This document shows positions 11,578-24,500 of a stretch of 32,147 nt of DNA, in pieces. Both the position numbers and the translations under genes were made by a program. Each line of letters starts with the position of its first letter. Within the stretch, counting starts at the first letter, position 1. The notes beneath the pieces are model-generated. The model made no database searches. It was not told where the DNA came from and saw only the letters and a program-made list of their open reading frames with translations. This stretch comes from Priapulus caudatus (lineage: Eukaryota): assembly GCF_000485595.1 (NCBI RefSeq), contig NW_014577063.1:480632-512778 (forward strand). Direction: 5' to 3'.

Positions 11578-14500
11578 CTACAAGGCGGCAGAGGGCGGTT
11601 AGTTGTGAGTAGTACAAATATATGCCTGGAGCTCGTCTGCCACCTGGCTTTAATGTCATTGAGGGAATAACAACGAAAGGGCTTCAATCCTCTGCCGTGG
11701 TTATCAAAAAATCCTTTGTCGGTGTTACATTTTTTTTGCAGCCAGTTTCTTTGCGGAAAATAAAAGGAAACTATGCCCTGCCTGCACTAGCCACCTCCTA
11801 ATCTAATATCAAGTCAATAATTGCCCTCTGGGTTCTGTCCTCTATAACACACTGCTGTAAGACCTGATAAATCAGCATATTGATTCATAATCACATGATA
11901 ACAAACTACATCTCTCCCCACCCTGCAAGCTATTGTGAGCCAGTCTGAAAAAAACATCACCACCAACCAAACGAATGTAATTACAATATATAATTTGCCT
12001 AAAATGCTACACAATGTAAAATATAACAAGAAAACGTAAATTTAAGCAGCATCGCCAAATGGCTTATGACTAGCCTAGCTAATACTGTCAACTTTAAACT
12101 TGTAATTAAACAGTTTCCACGATGCTTTACAGAACAAGACAAGTCTCGTATGATATTATACAGCTCCCGCAGGGCGAAAACCTTGATCAGAACGTTTAGA
12201 TAGGCCAAGTCACATGTGGTAAAGGGCTATAATATGCAGGAACTGACCACACGCGATCATGAGTGCCTGTGCACGCTCACCAATGTTGAAAAGAAAAATT
12301 TCTCTATGAACAGCCATGGATGCCAAAATACTCACCCATTGACTGCAGCTGTTTTTTGCTGCAACTTTGAAGATGCATTGTCACTATCATATTCTCTTGT
12401 ATCAACCATCTCGGTCATCTGCCCTGTTGCTACTTTGTACAGGAAGACCACTATGAACTGTAAAGAAAATTGCATATTTCTAATTTCTTTCGTCATACAT
12501 TTTGTTAAAAATTAAAAATGCTACAATGCAATGTGGTGACTAAAAGGCACAACGTATAGTAGTTGTAGTAGTAGTAGTAGTAGTAGTAGCATATTTTATC
12601 AAAACAGGGTGGCTACAAAACAACAACAATACTGGTTTCCATGTAGGCCCTGTTATCATACATGATACATCACTTTTACACACACACACATAATGAAAAT
12701 GTAATAATAAATGTACTAAAATATACCAAGACAAAATATTATACAGTATAAAATACACGCCTAGTAAAACCATTTATGTATTTTAAGATCTGGAGTCCCT
12801 GGTATTAACTAACAAGTGCCGCAGAGCGACTGGGCTCATCTGAGGTATGTTGCTACGGTTTATAAACGTACATTTTCAGTCGTGCCGTAGAGGACACCTT
12901 TGTTTAGGCCGCAGATATGCAGAATACGCAGTTGCGTTACACATCATTTCAGCAAAACATTTTTTTTATTGCAGAGAGAGAGAGAGCGACTGAGGAAGGA
13001 TGAAAGAGAGGGGGTTGAGAGAGAGAAAAGAGAGAGAGAGAATGTTGGAGAGTCAGTCAAGACTAATCTGTTTATATACAAATAACACCACGCAGTGCAG
13101 CTTACTGTATCAGTTACGTCATTCGATTGAAATGCTACATTCCGATTTTCGCCGCGGCGGCGTCCAAACCTTTCGACGAAGATGGCTCGGGCAAAGGTAA
13201 GGCAGCACGGCACGGTTATAAACATACAGATTTCTTCAATGTCCGCGGGAAAGAAAACACATTTCAACTGACAAGTCAACCATCCGGCTCTGCAGCATCA
13301 CAAGCAGCATGCCTCCACCATATCCCGAATTGCCACCACTACTGTAACTGTCGCGGACGAGAGCCATGGCCAAGGACAGTACCAAAACTGGCAAAAAATT
13401 TTCTATTGGGTAGGTTTAACGATTCATTTCTGCAACTTACTTTATCTCAGATTGATTAAAACTAAGTAAAGAAAGTAATTTCTTTCTGCACTATTTGAGC
13501 GCAATATAACCATTTGGACCTTGATCCTTGCCAGAACATTCTTCTCACTCGTGTTTCCGATAGTCGATGGCGTGTGGGCCATTACTGCGCTATGTGCAGG
13601 CGCAATAGATAATCTGAACTAGTTGCTACCTTCGTTTAGCCCATTGCTGCTGATACTATCAGCCACGCCACCTGACACGCAAGCGTAAGCGGCCTGCATA
13701 CCTCCCAAATTCCATTGGTTGATACCAAATCACGTGCTTGAAACTCCTGTTTTATGGTGCGATTGTGACCCTAAACCCTCCCAACTCTAACCCTATAAAA
13801 AAAAAAAAGTTATTAAATTGTTGTAAATAAAATCATGTAAATATTTTGCGGTTTAAATTGGAAAAAAAACAGTTAATGGCATAAAGATAGCAAAAATACA
13901 GAAAACAGGAAAATAATTAAAAAACAGCATGGGATTCGATCCATACGAGCCTTTCAAGCCGTGACGCCCGTGCTCTACGCGGTTCGTCTATCAGGCTTAA
14001 ATGCAAGTAGGACTTATTTATAGTGCCTTAATCAAAAACAGACGTTTGTGCTAAGTGCCTACTTGACATCTGTGATTCCCAACGTACAGAATCTCATATA
14101 GAGAATGAAGGTTCATATATTGCATTTAAGGCCGCGTAAACGTTGTTCAAAGTAAGTTTTGCATTGCAGAATTCTCACTTGTGAAATTTAAAGTCTTCCA
14201 CGATCACACAAGTACATCAAACACAGTTCAGTCCTTTGTTACACAGTCAACAAATCCATGTTTAACCCTCCTCTTGCAGGGTCCAAAAGGTTATCAGACA
14301 CTTACTCTTCGCACGTCAGTGAGAAAGCAATTTCATTGGTCCTTTACAATAAAGTGATAAACAAGTGACGCGAGAAGCGACAGCCCGCTCATCTAACGTA
14401 CTATCCTCTTTAGTGCGGTGACTTCCTGTGGGGCAGTGGTGGGATTTCTAGTAAACCCTGTTAGCTTCCAAATGTTGTTCACATTACACGCCGAAACAGT

Positions 14501-17500
14501 GGAAGGCAACAGGCATGCCTATCAGGCAACCCTTCTCAAAAGAAATGTTCGTTGGGGATCGTTATGAAAGTTGCCACAGATGGCGCGTTACGTTTTAATG
14601 ACTGTTCTTAACATTCAAGATGGAAGCTCCCATTTCTTACGTAGTTTAGCAACAACTATTTGCGAGACAGAATTAGCGTAAGCACTCATCCATCTTACCT
14701 ACGCAAGCCGTACATGGCTGAAATAGAGAGCTGCCACCTTGTAACTAATTAACGCAGGCAAAAAACTACACAGTACTATCACCACCACATGCCACTGGCA
14801 GTGGCCACTGCAGTGGCACAAGTTACATGTAACACACTGACAGTACAGAATGCCATTAGATATTTATACGATTATAAGGAGCAAAACCTATCTTCAACCA
14901 ATTTAGCACTTTTGAAATTTCACTGTACATTGTAGCCTGCATACATCTCAGGCATGGATATAAATTCTACATAGCACACCCGAGCAAGCTTCACAATTCT
15001 TTTCTAAAGTAAAGAAATCCATGTTTAACCTGCCTCTTGAGGCGTCAAAAAGGTTATCCGGACACTTACTCTTCGCCATTTTGTCAGCGGAAAGGTACAT
15101 TTTATGCGTCCTTTCAATAAAAATGGTATGTCACCGCTTGAAAAAAGTTTTCTCAATCGCTCCGTCAGACCAATGTCCTCAGAAAAATGTCTAAAAATCT
15201 GGCCTGCTGTGCCCATTGACCTTTGACCCTGTGACCTCCAATTTGGACATGATGGCGTTTCCTACCATGATGCCTATCACACCAGACTATCCACAAAGCC
15301 TCGGTCGCAGCCCGTTTAGATTTTTGTCGCAATTTCTGCATTTCCTCCCTATACCTTAAGTTAGGACGGGAATCGTTCCCCCTTCTTTTACACTCTTGAA
15401 CCTTTGACCTTTGACCCCCAGCTTCGACATCCCAACTGCGTTTCTCGGATTACCCCCCAACGTCCCAACTTCGAATCCGTACGTCGAGCCGTTTAGATTT
15501 GTGCCCAACTGTTGACGGACGCACGGACAATCGATGCAATTCTACAAAGCTGCATCTGACTTCGTGAGATGAGCTAAAAAATGCGAGGTCAGCGCTGAAA
15601 CAAAAAGTTTTCCACCTGTACCATTCCTCAGAAAATGTCTGATATCTGACTCTTTCCCCCACTGCCCCTTTGACCCGCGACCTCTAATTTTGCACTGGTA
15701 ATGGGTGTTTCCTGCCCCATCACACTATACACCAAAATATTAAGACATAGGTGCGAGTCGTTCAGATTTGTGCCGCAATTCCGTATTTCCTCGTATACCT
15801 TTCAGTTAAGCCGGGAAAATATTCCCCCTCCGTTGACACATCTCGCACCTTTGACCATGACCCCCAATTGGTCATGACGAATCCTTTTCACGATCCCCCC
15901 CCCCGCACAGCGTCCCGAATTCGTGACCGTACCGGTCGAACGGTTAAGAATTTGTGCCCAACTGTTTGACGGACGCCACACACGCACGGCACGCACGCAC
16001 GCTCATGCACGATTCTTACAAGCTGCATCTTGACTTCGTCAGATGAGCTAAAACCTGATATATTTCAATTTAAAGATGCTAGCGTACATCACAGTTTTTA
16101 ATCTGCGTGTCAGTCATGTTGTTTCACAAGCATTGCCCTCCATGGCAAATTAGAAACTATTTTTCCAGATTGGCAAATCTTAACAGAAGATAAAAACATC
16201 TTATTTATATTTCTAGTTGCATAGTTATGAATTTGATCCGTCATGGTAACAAGGCTCGATAAATAGTCCGGAGCATGTGAGTATCATTCCAAGTTTAAAC
16301 TAGAGCACTCGCCGATGAGCCCAACAGACCTCCGCCCAAAGCAGCTGAATTCTCTCTGAGATGTGAAATTTTTATATTAATTTAATTAAGTGCGGAAAAT
16401 GTTTTTTAATTATTCGGAATCCGGCATTTTAGCTGCGATGCGTGCAAGCGTGCGGGAAGGACTGTGGTTGCCCTTAGCTGGCACTGGTGGTTGCCGTGTT
16501 TGTAAGTCTACAGCCCAGCGCACCTAGCGAAGTGAACTGAAACGTGCATGGTAACACACCAAACCCACAAACAACACTCAAAGACACGCCGGGTGAAAAA
16601 CATAAAACCTCCGCCAAGCCGCTGGCTGGAGGTAATAAGAACAATGCACACAACTACATAAAAAAATTATCTGTACCTGAAACCAGTAGACGTTCATTAA
16701 CTGCAGTATCCAGAGAAGCACATTGAAAAAGAACCAGAAGGGTACGTAGGTAGGGTCTCTCAGCATGGCACCATAACCGGCAGTGTACAACACTTTCAGT
16801 GGGAACCAGTACAGTCTGAACAGAAACCTGTGAATGAAATAAGCTGATATAACGCAAAACATAAACTAAGACGCATGCACGAAAGTGCATATAAACTAAG
16901 CATGTTCATTTCATAAGTTCAAGTTCATTTCTATAAACATTACACATAGTCTATATATAGCCCAGGGTTCTGCCCACGGTGGGCGGCGGTGGGCGGGTGT
17001 GCCCGGCACTCGCGGTTGCCGCCCGGCACTATATATCTCCGCCCGGCACTAATTTTTGATATAAAAAAAATAAATAAATAAAATAAAATAAAAAAAGGTC
17101 TGATATATGGGCTTTTTATTGCTCAGAATGCAGGAAATTGAGTTTCAGACTATCCAAAATCAAAAATTTTCCCGGACTCCCTAGATTGACTTCGTGCCCA
17201 CGGCGATTGCAACTTGCGACCTGGATGCGCCCGGCACTAAAAAATCCTGGGCAGAACCCTGATAGCCTATATATAATAAAGTCTCATGCAATTCTCGAGG
17301 AGCTATTTTATCTCCGTCTATATCTTCTCGTGATTACGGTCGAATCTAAGTCAACAGTAGTATTGCTTCACATCCAGTTGGTATCACCAAGTGTAACAGT
17401 TATGGAGTGCATAGTCTAGGGTCAAGGACGATGATAAGTCACCTGATGTCACAGACCAATTTCTATTTGCGACCGTTTCCCTCGGGGTAGGGCGAGTATT

Positions 17501-20500
17501 AGATTACACCCAATTGTACGATTAGCTTTACCAATGGCAATGAACCCAGTACTGTAACGCAGTAACAGTCGCTTAGAGACTAGATCCATGGAAACACCCC
17601 TGTGAATAACTACTACATGTACATACTGGTTAATTGTCAAGTTAGGAAACGTATATTACACAGGTCTGGTCAGCTGACGAAACTTGACATTGGCAATATA
17701 CTCAATTTGCTGTCTTCACATGATGTGAGAGCAGGGGAAAAAATACACGGGGGCGGCGGGCGATTTCGCCCTCGAAATGCCAAAAAGAGCCCCCGAAAAC
17801 ATGATATCGGGGGCGAGTGTGTACTGTACTGTATTGCATTCAATCAAGCACGAGCCGCCGCCCACGCGTATATACGTGTGTGCCTGTGCGCGTGCTTGCG
17901 TGTGTACCTGCGCGCGTGCGCGCGTGCGTGCCTGTGTGTGCCGGTGTGCCTGCGGGCGTACTTGCGTGTGCCTGCGCGCGTGCGTGCGTGCGTGCCTGTG
18001 TGTGCCGGCGGGCGTGCTTGCGTGTGTGCCTGCGCGAGTGCGTGCCTGCATGCGTGCGTGCGTGTGTATTCATATTAATTCAAGTAATCATATTATCAAG
18101 TACTATAAAAGGAAAGGTTTATTTACTGTCATACTCATATCTGTTTATCTTGCTAACNNNNNNNNNNAAAATTGAAAACACGTGGGTACCCGTTCATTAG
18201 CAACCACGGTTATTTACTTGTGCCTCGATACCGAGAATACACCCAGAGATGCATTCTACGAGCTCCGTCATTACGACTGCCGTCACTAGGCAAACAATTT
18301 ACCCGGGACAAACAATTCTCTGCACAACACTCGTAGCAGCATGTGACGTCACCCAACCACTTCGAGGCTAGTATATTGCTTGGCAAACAAATTAGCGTTG
18401 GCGCCAGATTTACGGATTTCAATTAGACATTTCTTAGTAACCAGCAGTGATATTGGACAAACTAATACGCGTTTGGCTATAAGGTAATGTACTTATTAAC
18501 TACACAAGGTGCCAGTTACTCTAGCATTCGTTAAAATTGCATAATCGATGGGCCTATTATGCCTTTAAGACGGGTTGAAATTTAGCAGTGCAATTAGAGA
18601 GCGCCTCAAATCACGACTGGGTTCTTAGTCTTGTATGAGTAGTCATTAGTTCTTGATCTATTTTACATTTGTTTCACTTTTTATTTAGCAATTGTTTAAC
18701 TATTGAGGCTTGAACAATAGCCTCTACCGTAAAATCTAATCTAACGTGCGTTCCGCTAAAAATGATGACAAATTAATACACTAAGCTTGACGGAACATGC
18801 TATATATCTCACAAAAACAATTACTGACACCGGCCGGCCCACATGCTGCCCACAGCTATGTCGGCACACTTAACAAAGGCAGCAAGACGTGGGTGAACAA
18901 CCCGACTAAGGAAAGGCCATCCTTAAAAAATTCTATGTTTGCTGTCCCCCGACCCATGATTTTTTTAGTGGGTAGGTAGGTCTTTTTTTTATTGTGAGGC
19001 ATAATAGTTATTTTAAGTCTGTCCTCATGTTTGCCACACATGCTTTGTGTTTCAGTCTTAACTATAAAAAATGTAAAAAAAAAAGGAACCCAAAATGTAA
19101 AAAAAAACTTTTGGGTCGCGGCTCTTTTCGTGGGTCGGTCGGAGGACAGCAAACGTATAATTTTTTAAGGATGGCCAAAGACACACACCTTGCGGCGTAT
19201 GAGAACCAGATCAGGGCCAACGTCAGAAAGTGATGAAAGAGCATGATAACAGAGTCCTTCCTCCATGCATCCATAAAGAGCGTGCCATACACGGAATGCA
19301 GATAGAAACTGCACTGTATCATGTAAAGCCAGAAGATGTCCGATGGTATGTACATGCCCTCGGCCCAACCTGAAACACGGAAAACAAGTCGTTATCCACA
19401 ATCGACAGCGAAAAATAATGAGGACACGCAAAAAAAATCACGGATGCAGATTTGACCTGGGCCCAAAAGACACACAGCTGACAAGCTCTGGCCAGACTCT
19501 CTGAGTTATCTGAAGGATTATTGAGGGATTATGAGCAACCAAACAGTTATTGATGTCCTACAGTAACACTGTACATCTAGGGACTGACAGCAAAACGAAC
19601 ACTTCCCAAAAAACTTGGCAGATGGTCCTTTCACGGTGGCGTGCACAGATCTAATGATTCACGAACATGTTTAAACTAACTAAATGAATTTTTCACAGAT
19701 AAACAGTAGTGAGAGATAACCAATATAATTTCATGTTTACTATAAGGCCCTAGTGTAAAAGATGCAAAAAAATGTCAAGGCACAAGTTTGCTTGTCACCA
19801 CTGGAGTCTGGGGAGCAGTCCTGCAAAGGGATTATCCTTTAACATACTTTTGATTCCTTCCTCTTTGATATTTTAATACGGTTTTAATATGGTTTAAAAA
19901 CAGTAATGATTATTATGTAGATCATAATAAATATTAATTTAATGGAAATTGTACATTCTCGACCCCCCAGCTTTCTTTACCAAATCTCCCAACACCTTTC
20001 TGTTCAAGCTCAATTCCACATTTCACAGTCTTGTGGGTTTATTTTCAAATTTTATAAATTGTTATATAATATGTACACAAGAAATGCGTACAGCTGCTTT
20101 CATTTATCGCACCCCTTCCCTCGATGGAAACGACCCTTGAAAGGGTAAATTTCTTTTGAAAGGTACGATTTGAAAGGGTAATGGAAACGAGTGATGAACA
20201 TCACTCATTTCCGGTGAAATTGTAATCACTAGGAAATTCATGAATGCATAGTAAGTGATATCAGGAGTGAATAATAATAAATAATAATAATAAAATAAAT
20301 AATAGTACAAATCTATTATTATTCACTCCTGGTAATATTAACGACAGATAGGTTCAAAAGAGACAACGTGTCCTCTGCACGCACCGTGCCATCCGGACAA
20401 TGGGTCGTGGAAGAACGTGTATCGGCCGCAGCAGACGACGATGTACAAGTTGTACGACCAGGTGAACGAGTAGAAGATGAACTTCCAAGCACTCTCCGGA

Positions 20501-21539
20501 AACTTTCCGCAGTTCTTCTCCTGTACGTTTAGTTTGCGGGCGAGGGGCTGCAAAGATAAGTCGAACGAAATTACGACAAGCATGCAAGAGTGCACACACA
20601 TCCAGTTATAGATACGTGTCAATTGTTAAATGGGCTTGTCATGCACCACACTGTGCAACTTCCTATTTCTAGATTTCTAGTACAGATAACAACTGATCGT
20701 GATCTGCTAAATGTCATACACTTGCTGGTATATTTCTTGGAGAAGAGGTTATATATCAACAGAGCAGTTACATTCCATCGATGTGTGCAGATGGGATTGG
20801 CTATATTTAATTTAACCCTAACCCTAGGGTAGCACGAATATTGGAAGCTCCTTTTAAAAAATACCATATTGCCTAGCCTAAACATTGATATCATAATGTG
20901 GCACCAGTGCTAACACACCTACGCGCATTTTGTGAAAATAACGATGTACGGGTGTTCTAAGACGTTAGACCTACTTCAGACACTTGCAAGCAAGACCAGA
21001 AATATTGTAGTGGTTGGAAAAATATGAGAACGGTCAGGAAGACAGTTTGAAAGTTACTTTAATTGCATGCTAAATATGTTGTGCAGCCATCGCTGTGTTT
21101 GGCCTATTTTTCTAGCAACCGCAGAGATACTCGCTTAAAGTGTGCAAGCCATGTCTCTGTGCCAGTAAACGATGACATGTGGTTTCCCCGACATATATAT
21201 AAGGCCACACATAAATAATTTATTATTTGCCATAACCTGACCTATAATCTATTAGGCAAATTCATGGCAAAACTAGACAGAAGGCACTCACGGAGAGTGC
21301 ATACCTCCGCGAGCGTGTAACATGTATGTGTATAACAGCTGGCTCACTGCTGGCTGCTGCTGACTGGACGCCCTAAGGCGAGCTGCTGCTGACTGGACGC
21401 CCTAAGGCGAGCTGCTGCTGACTGGACGCCCTAAGGCGAGCTGCTGCTGACTCGACGCCCTAAGGCGAGCTGAGCTGCTGCTGAATCGATCGCTACAAAC
21501 GCACGCACGCACGCACACACACGCACACGCACACGCACG

Positions 21540-21598
<59 letters not shown>

Positions 21599-24500
21599 GA
21601 GACCGATCGCATTACCTCCCCTGCAACTCCGTTGCGCGGAGGTAATAAGAACAAGTGGCATGTAAATTATTCCATTTCTATAACCAGTGTCCACTATTAA
21701 TTTATCATTTAAACAATGTGCAAAAAATGACTACAAACGTAGGACACCCATACACGACTGTCTTTTCAATGACCTGTCCAGTAGGTCAGGGGGTGAGTCA
21801 GTGGGTAGCAATCTACAGTCATGGCATTCCAAGTTCCAGGCTTAATAACAATGTTTAGTGAAGGTAACTGACCCTACAAATACTCTAGCCCACATTTCCT
21901 ATACAATTTTCTTATGATATCGCACAAGCACCCTTTTCAGGCACAAGCTACCTCTGTACCTATTAAGTAGAATGCGTTCTGTAGCCAATGGTCACACAGC
22001 ATTTTCAGAGTATGATTGCAAGCATGCTGGAGAACGGTAATATTTTAGCTGTTAATCACACGGCTGCACCTCTTGTGAGTCAATGGCACTGAGGGTGAAC
22101 GTGCCTCAAGCTAACAACTGGTTTTTGATTGCCCACATCGGCAGGCATCCAGCCAACAGGCGTCTGGTTTTCCTATATTTATCATGCCCATACATAGTGA
22201 AGTCCCATGACGAAATGTATGCTCAATGCATTTTATAGAAATAACTGGATTTTGGGTGATGACATTTTAAAGTATAATTTTGAGGATGTGGCCTTGCAAA
22301 ACCAAGACTACACGAGTAGGGGCTTCAGTAAGTACAGTGTGCAAAGAAAAACGTATATATAATCCATCCTCTTGAGGGCCAATGTGTGGACCAAAGATGA
22401 AAGAGCACAATGTAGAGTGCATATATATATATATATATAGAAACCAATGAATAGGGAGGGGGGTCTCATTTCAGAGGTACATCACTTGTCTGCCTTTATG
22501 GTTTATACTATTGCTACAGTTCAACTCTGCATCAACGCCAAGTATCATGCACTACACCTAGATAGATAGCCTTTAATGTTTACATTTCTAATCGATAAAC
22601 TTGAACATGGTTCATACAGGACTGAAAATTTCAAGGACTTTTCAAGGACTTTTTATGGACATTTTATCGGAAATTCAAGGACATTTTATGATTATCAAAC
22701 ATTTTATCGAAATTTATACACAGAATAAAACATACCTGGATTAATTTAATAATAACCCTATTCTTAATCACTGTCACCTGTAAAACTTACCTGGATCCCA
22801 TTAAATTTAATAAAGGCCGGAGACCCTGGAAAAACCCTGTAGAAGGGACGCGCCTAGAAACCTACAGACCCTAGACCCGTCCGACGCAACGCTCTCTATT
22901 ATTCCTAACACTAACTAACAATGCCGGGACTCGCAGGAGCGACAGCGCTCACTGCTAACGTCTTACGTGGCGGTGAGGATGTATCAGGAACCTTCTCAAA
23001 GGAATGTTCGTTGGGATCGCTATGAGAAGTTGCCACGAGATGGCGCGTACGTTTAAGTGTCTTAGAGATTAAAGATGGAAGCTCCCGTCGGTACGTAGTA
23101 GCAACAACTATTTGCAAGACAGAATAGGTAAGCACTCATCCATTTACCTAAGGCAAGCCTACAGGCTGAAATAGAGAGCTGCCACCTGTAACTAATTAAC
23201 GCAAGCAAAAACTACACAGTACTATAACCACCACATGCCTGCGAGTGGCCACTGGCAGTGGCATCGTTACATGTAAACACACTGACAGTACAGAATGCCA
23301 TAGAAATTATACAATTTAAGGAGCATAAACCTTCTTCAACCAAATATTAGCTTTTTGAAATTTCACTATTAGACATTGTAGCCTCATACATCCAGGCATG
23401 TATAGATTCTCTAGGCAAACCCGCCAGTATCAAATTCTTTCTAACAGTAAACAAATCCATGTTTAACCCTCCTCTTGAGGGTCAAAAGGTTATCCGACAC
23501 TTACTCTTCGCATGTCGAGCAGAAAGCTACATTTCATGGTCCTTTCAATAAAGCCATAAAGATGCTAGGTCACCGCTAGAAACAAAAAAGTTTTTCAATC
23601 GCTCCGTCAGACCATGTGCGTCAGAAAATGTCTAAAATCTGCCCTGTGCCCCATTGACCTTTGACCTGTGACTCTAATTTCGGCACAGTGATGGCTTTTC
23701 CTACCATGATGCTATACACGACTATCACGAGCCTAGTCGAGCCGTTTAAATTTTGTGCGCATTCTGCATTTCCTCCCTATACCTCAAGTTAAAGGGGAAT
23801 GTTCCCCCTTCTTTTACACCTCTTGACCTTTGACCTTTGACCCCAGCTTCGACATCCCAACTCGTTTGACGATCCCCCCGATGTGCCGAATATTCGTGAC
23901 CGTACGTCAAGCGCGTTAAGATTTGTGCCCAACTGTTGACGCACGGCCGGACGCACGGCAGACGCACGCTAATTGCGATTCTACAAGCTGCATCTGACTA
24001 CGTCAGATGAGCTAAAAACCAACTCGGCTATAAGCATAAGCATGTCATAAGAATAGTCCATAAATAATTGTTACGACTGGTCATAAGAATAGCCACGGCG
24101 TTTAATAAACCCTTCTAAACACTTGTCACTTCAAGTTCTACAACATACCTACTGACTGATTTTACTGACTTACTGTAATTTGTGAACATCATTTAATTGT
24201 CTATCGTGTCTATAGCTTTCAATTAACACAATTTTTATTGAGGTTTGCACATTATTGATGGTACAAAATTTCTTTTTATTACAGGCAAGGATTCTTTTTT
24301 AAGAGAAGCAGTTTTAATTGAGCAACCATCGACGTACATTATAGAAACGAAGAGTATATATGGGAGAACTCCCATTATATATACTCTTGATAATTATAAT
24401 ATGTGTAATTTTTTATGTGAAAATAATAAATAATATTATATATATAAATTATAAATAATTTATAAACCAAAATGAATCACAATTGTGACGGTAGATGGGT

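Noticed and set aside
11188..11670. Overlapping ORFs 11188-11526 (-, poly-Arg) and 11278-11670 (+) as a second cistron or GDF1-like precursor
   Set aside because: Alternative frames of the GC-rich last exon and UTR; no signal peptide or TGF-beta cysteine pattern.
12944..13279. Minus-strand 111-aa ORF as an alternative CERS1 exon
   Set aside because: No convincing acceptor, no similarity to ceramide synthases, and exons 5 and 6 already join correctly.
17602..18200. Several 77-158 aa ORFs
   Set aside because: Generated by the (GCGT)/(GT) microsatellite; none contains the missing LHDxxD segment.
21353..21468. 29-bp repeats of CRISPR-like length
   Set aside because: Head-to-tail with no unique spacers, inside a eukaryotic intron, and no cas genes.
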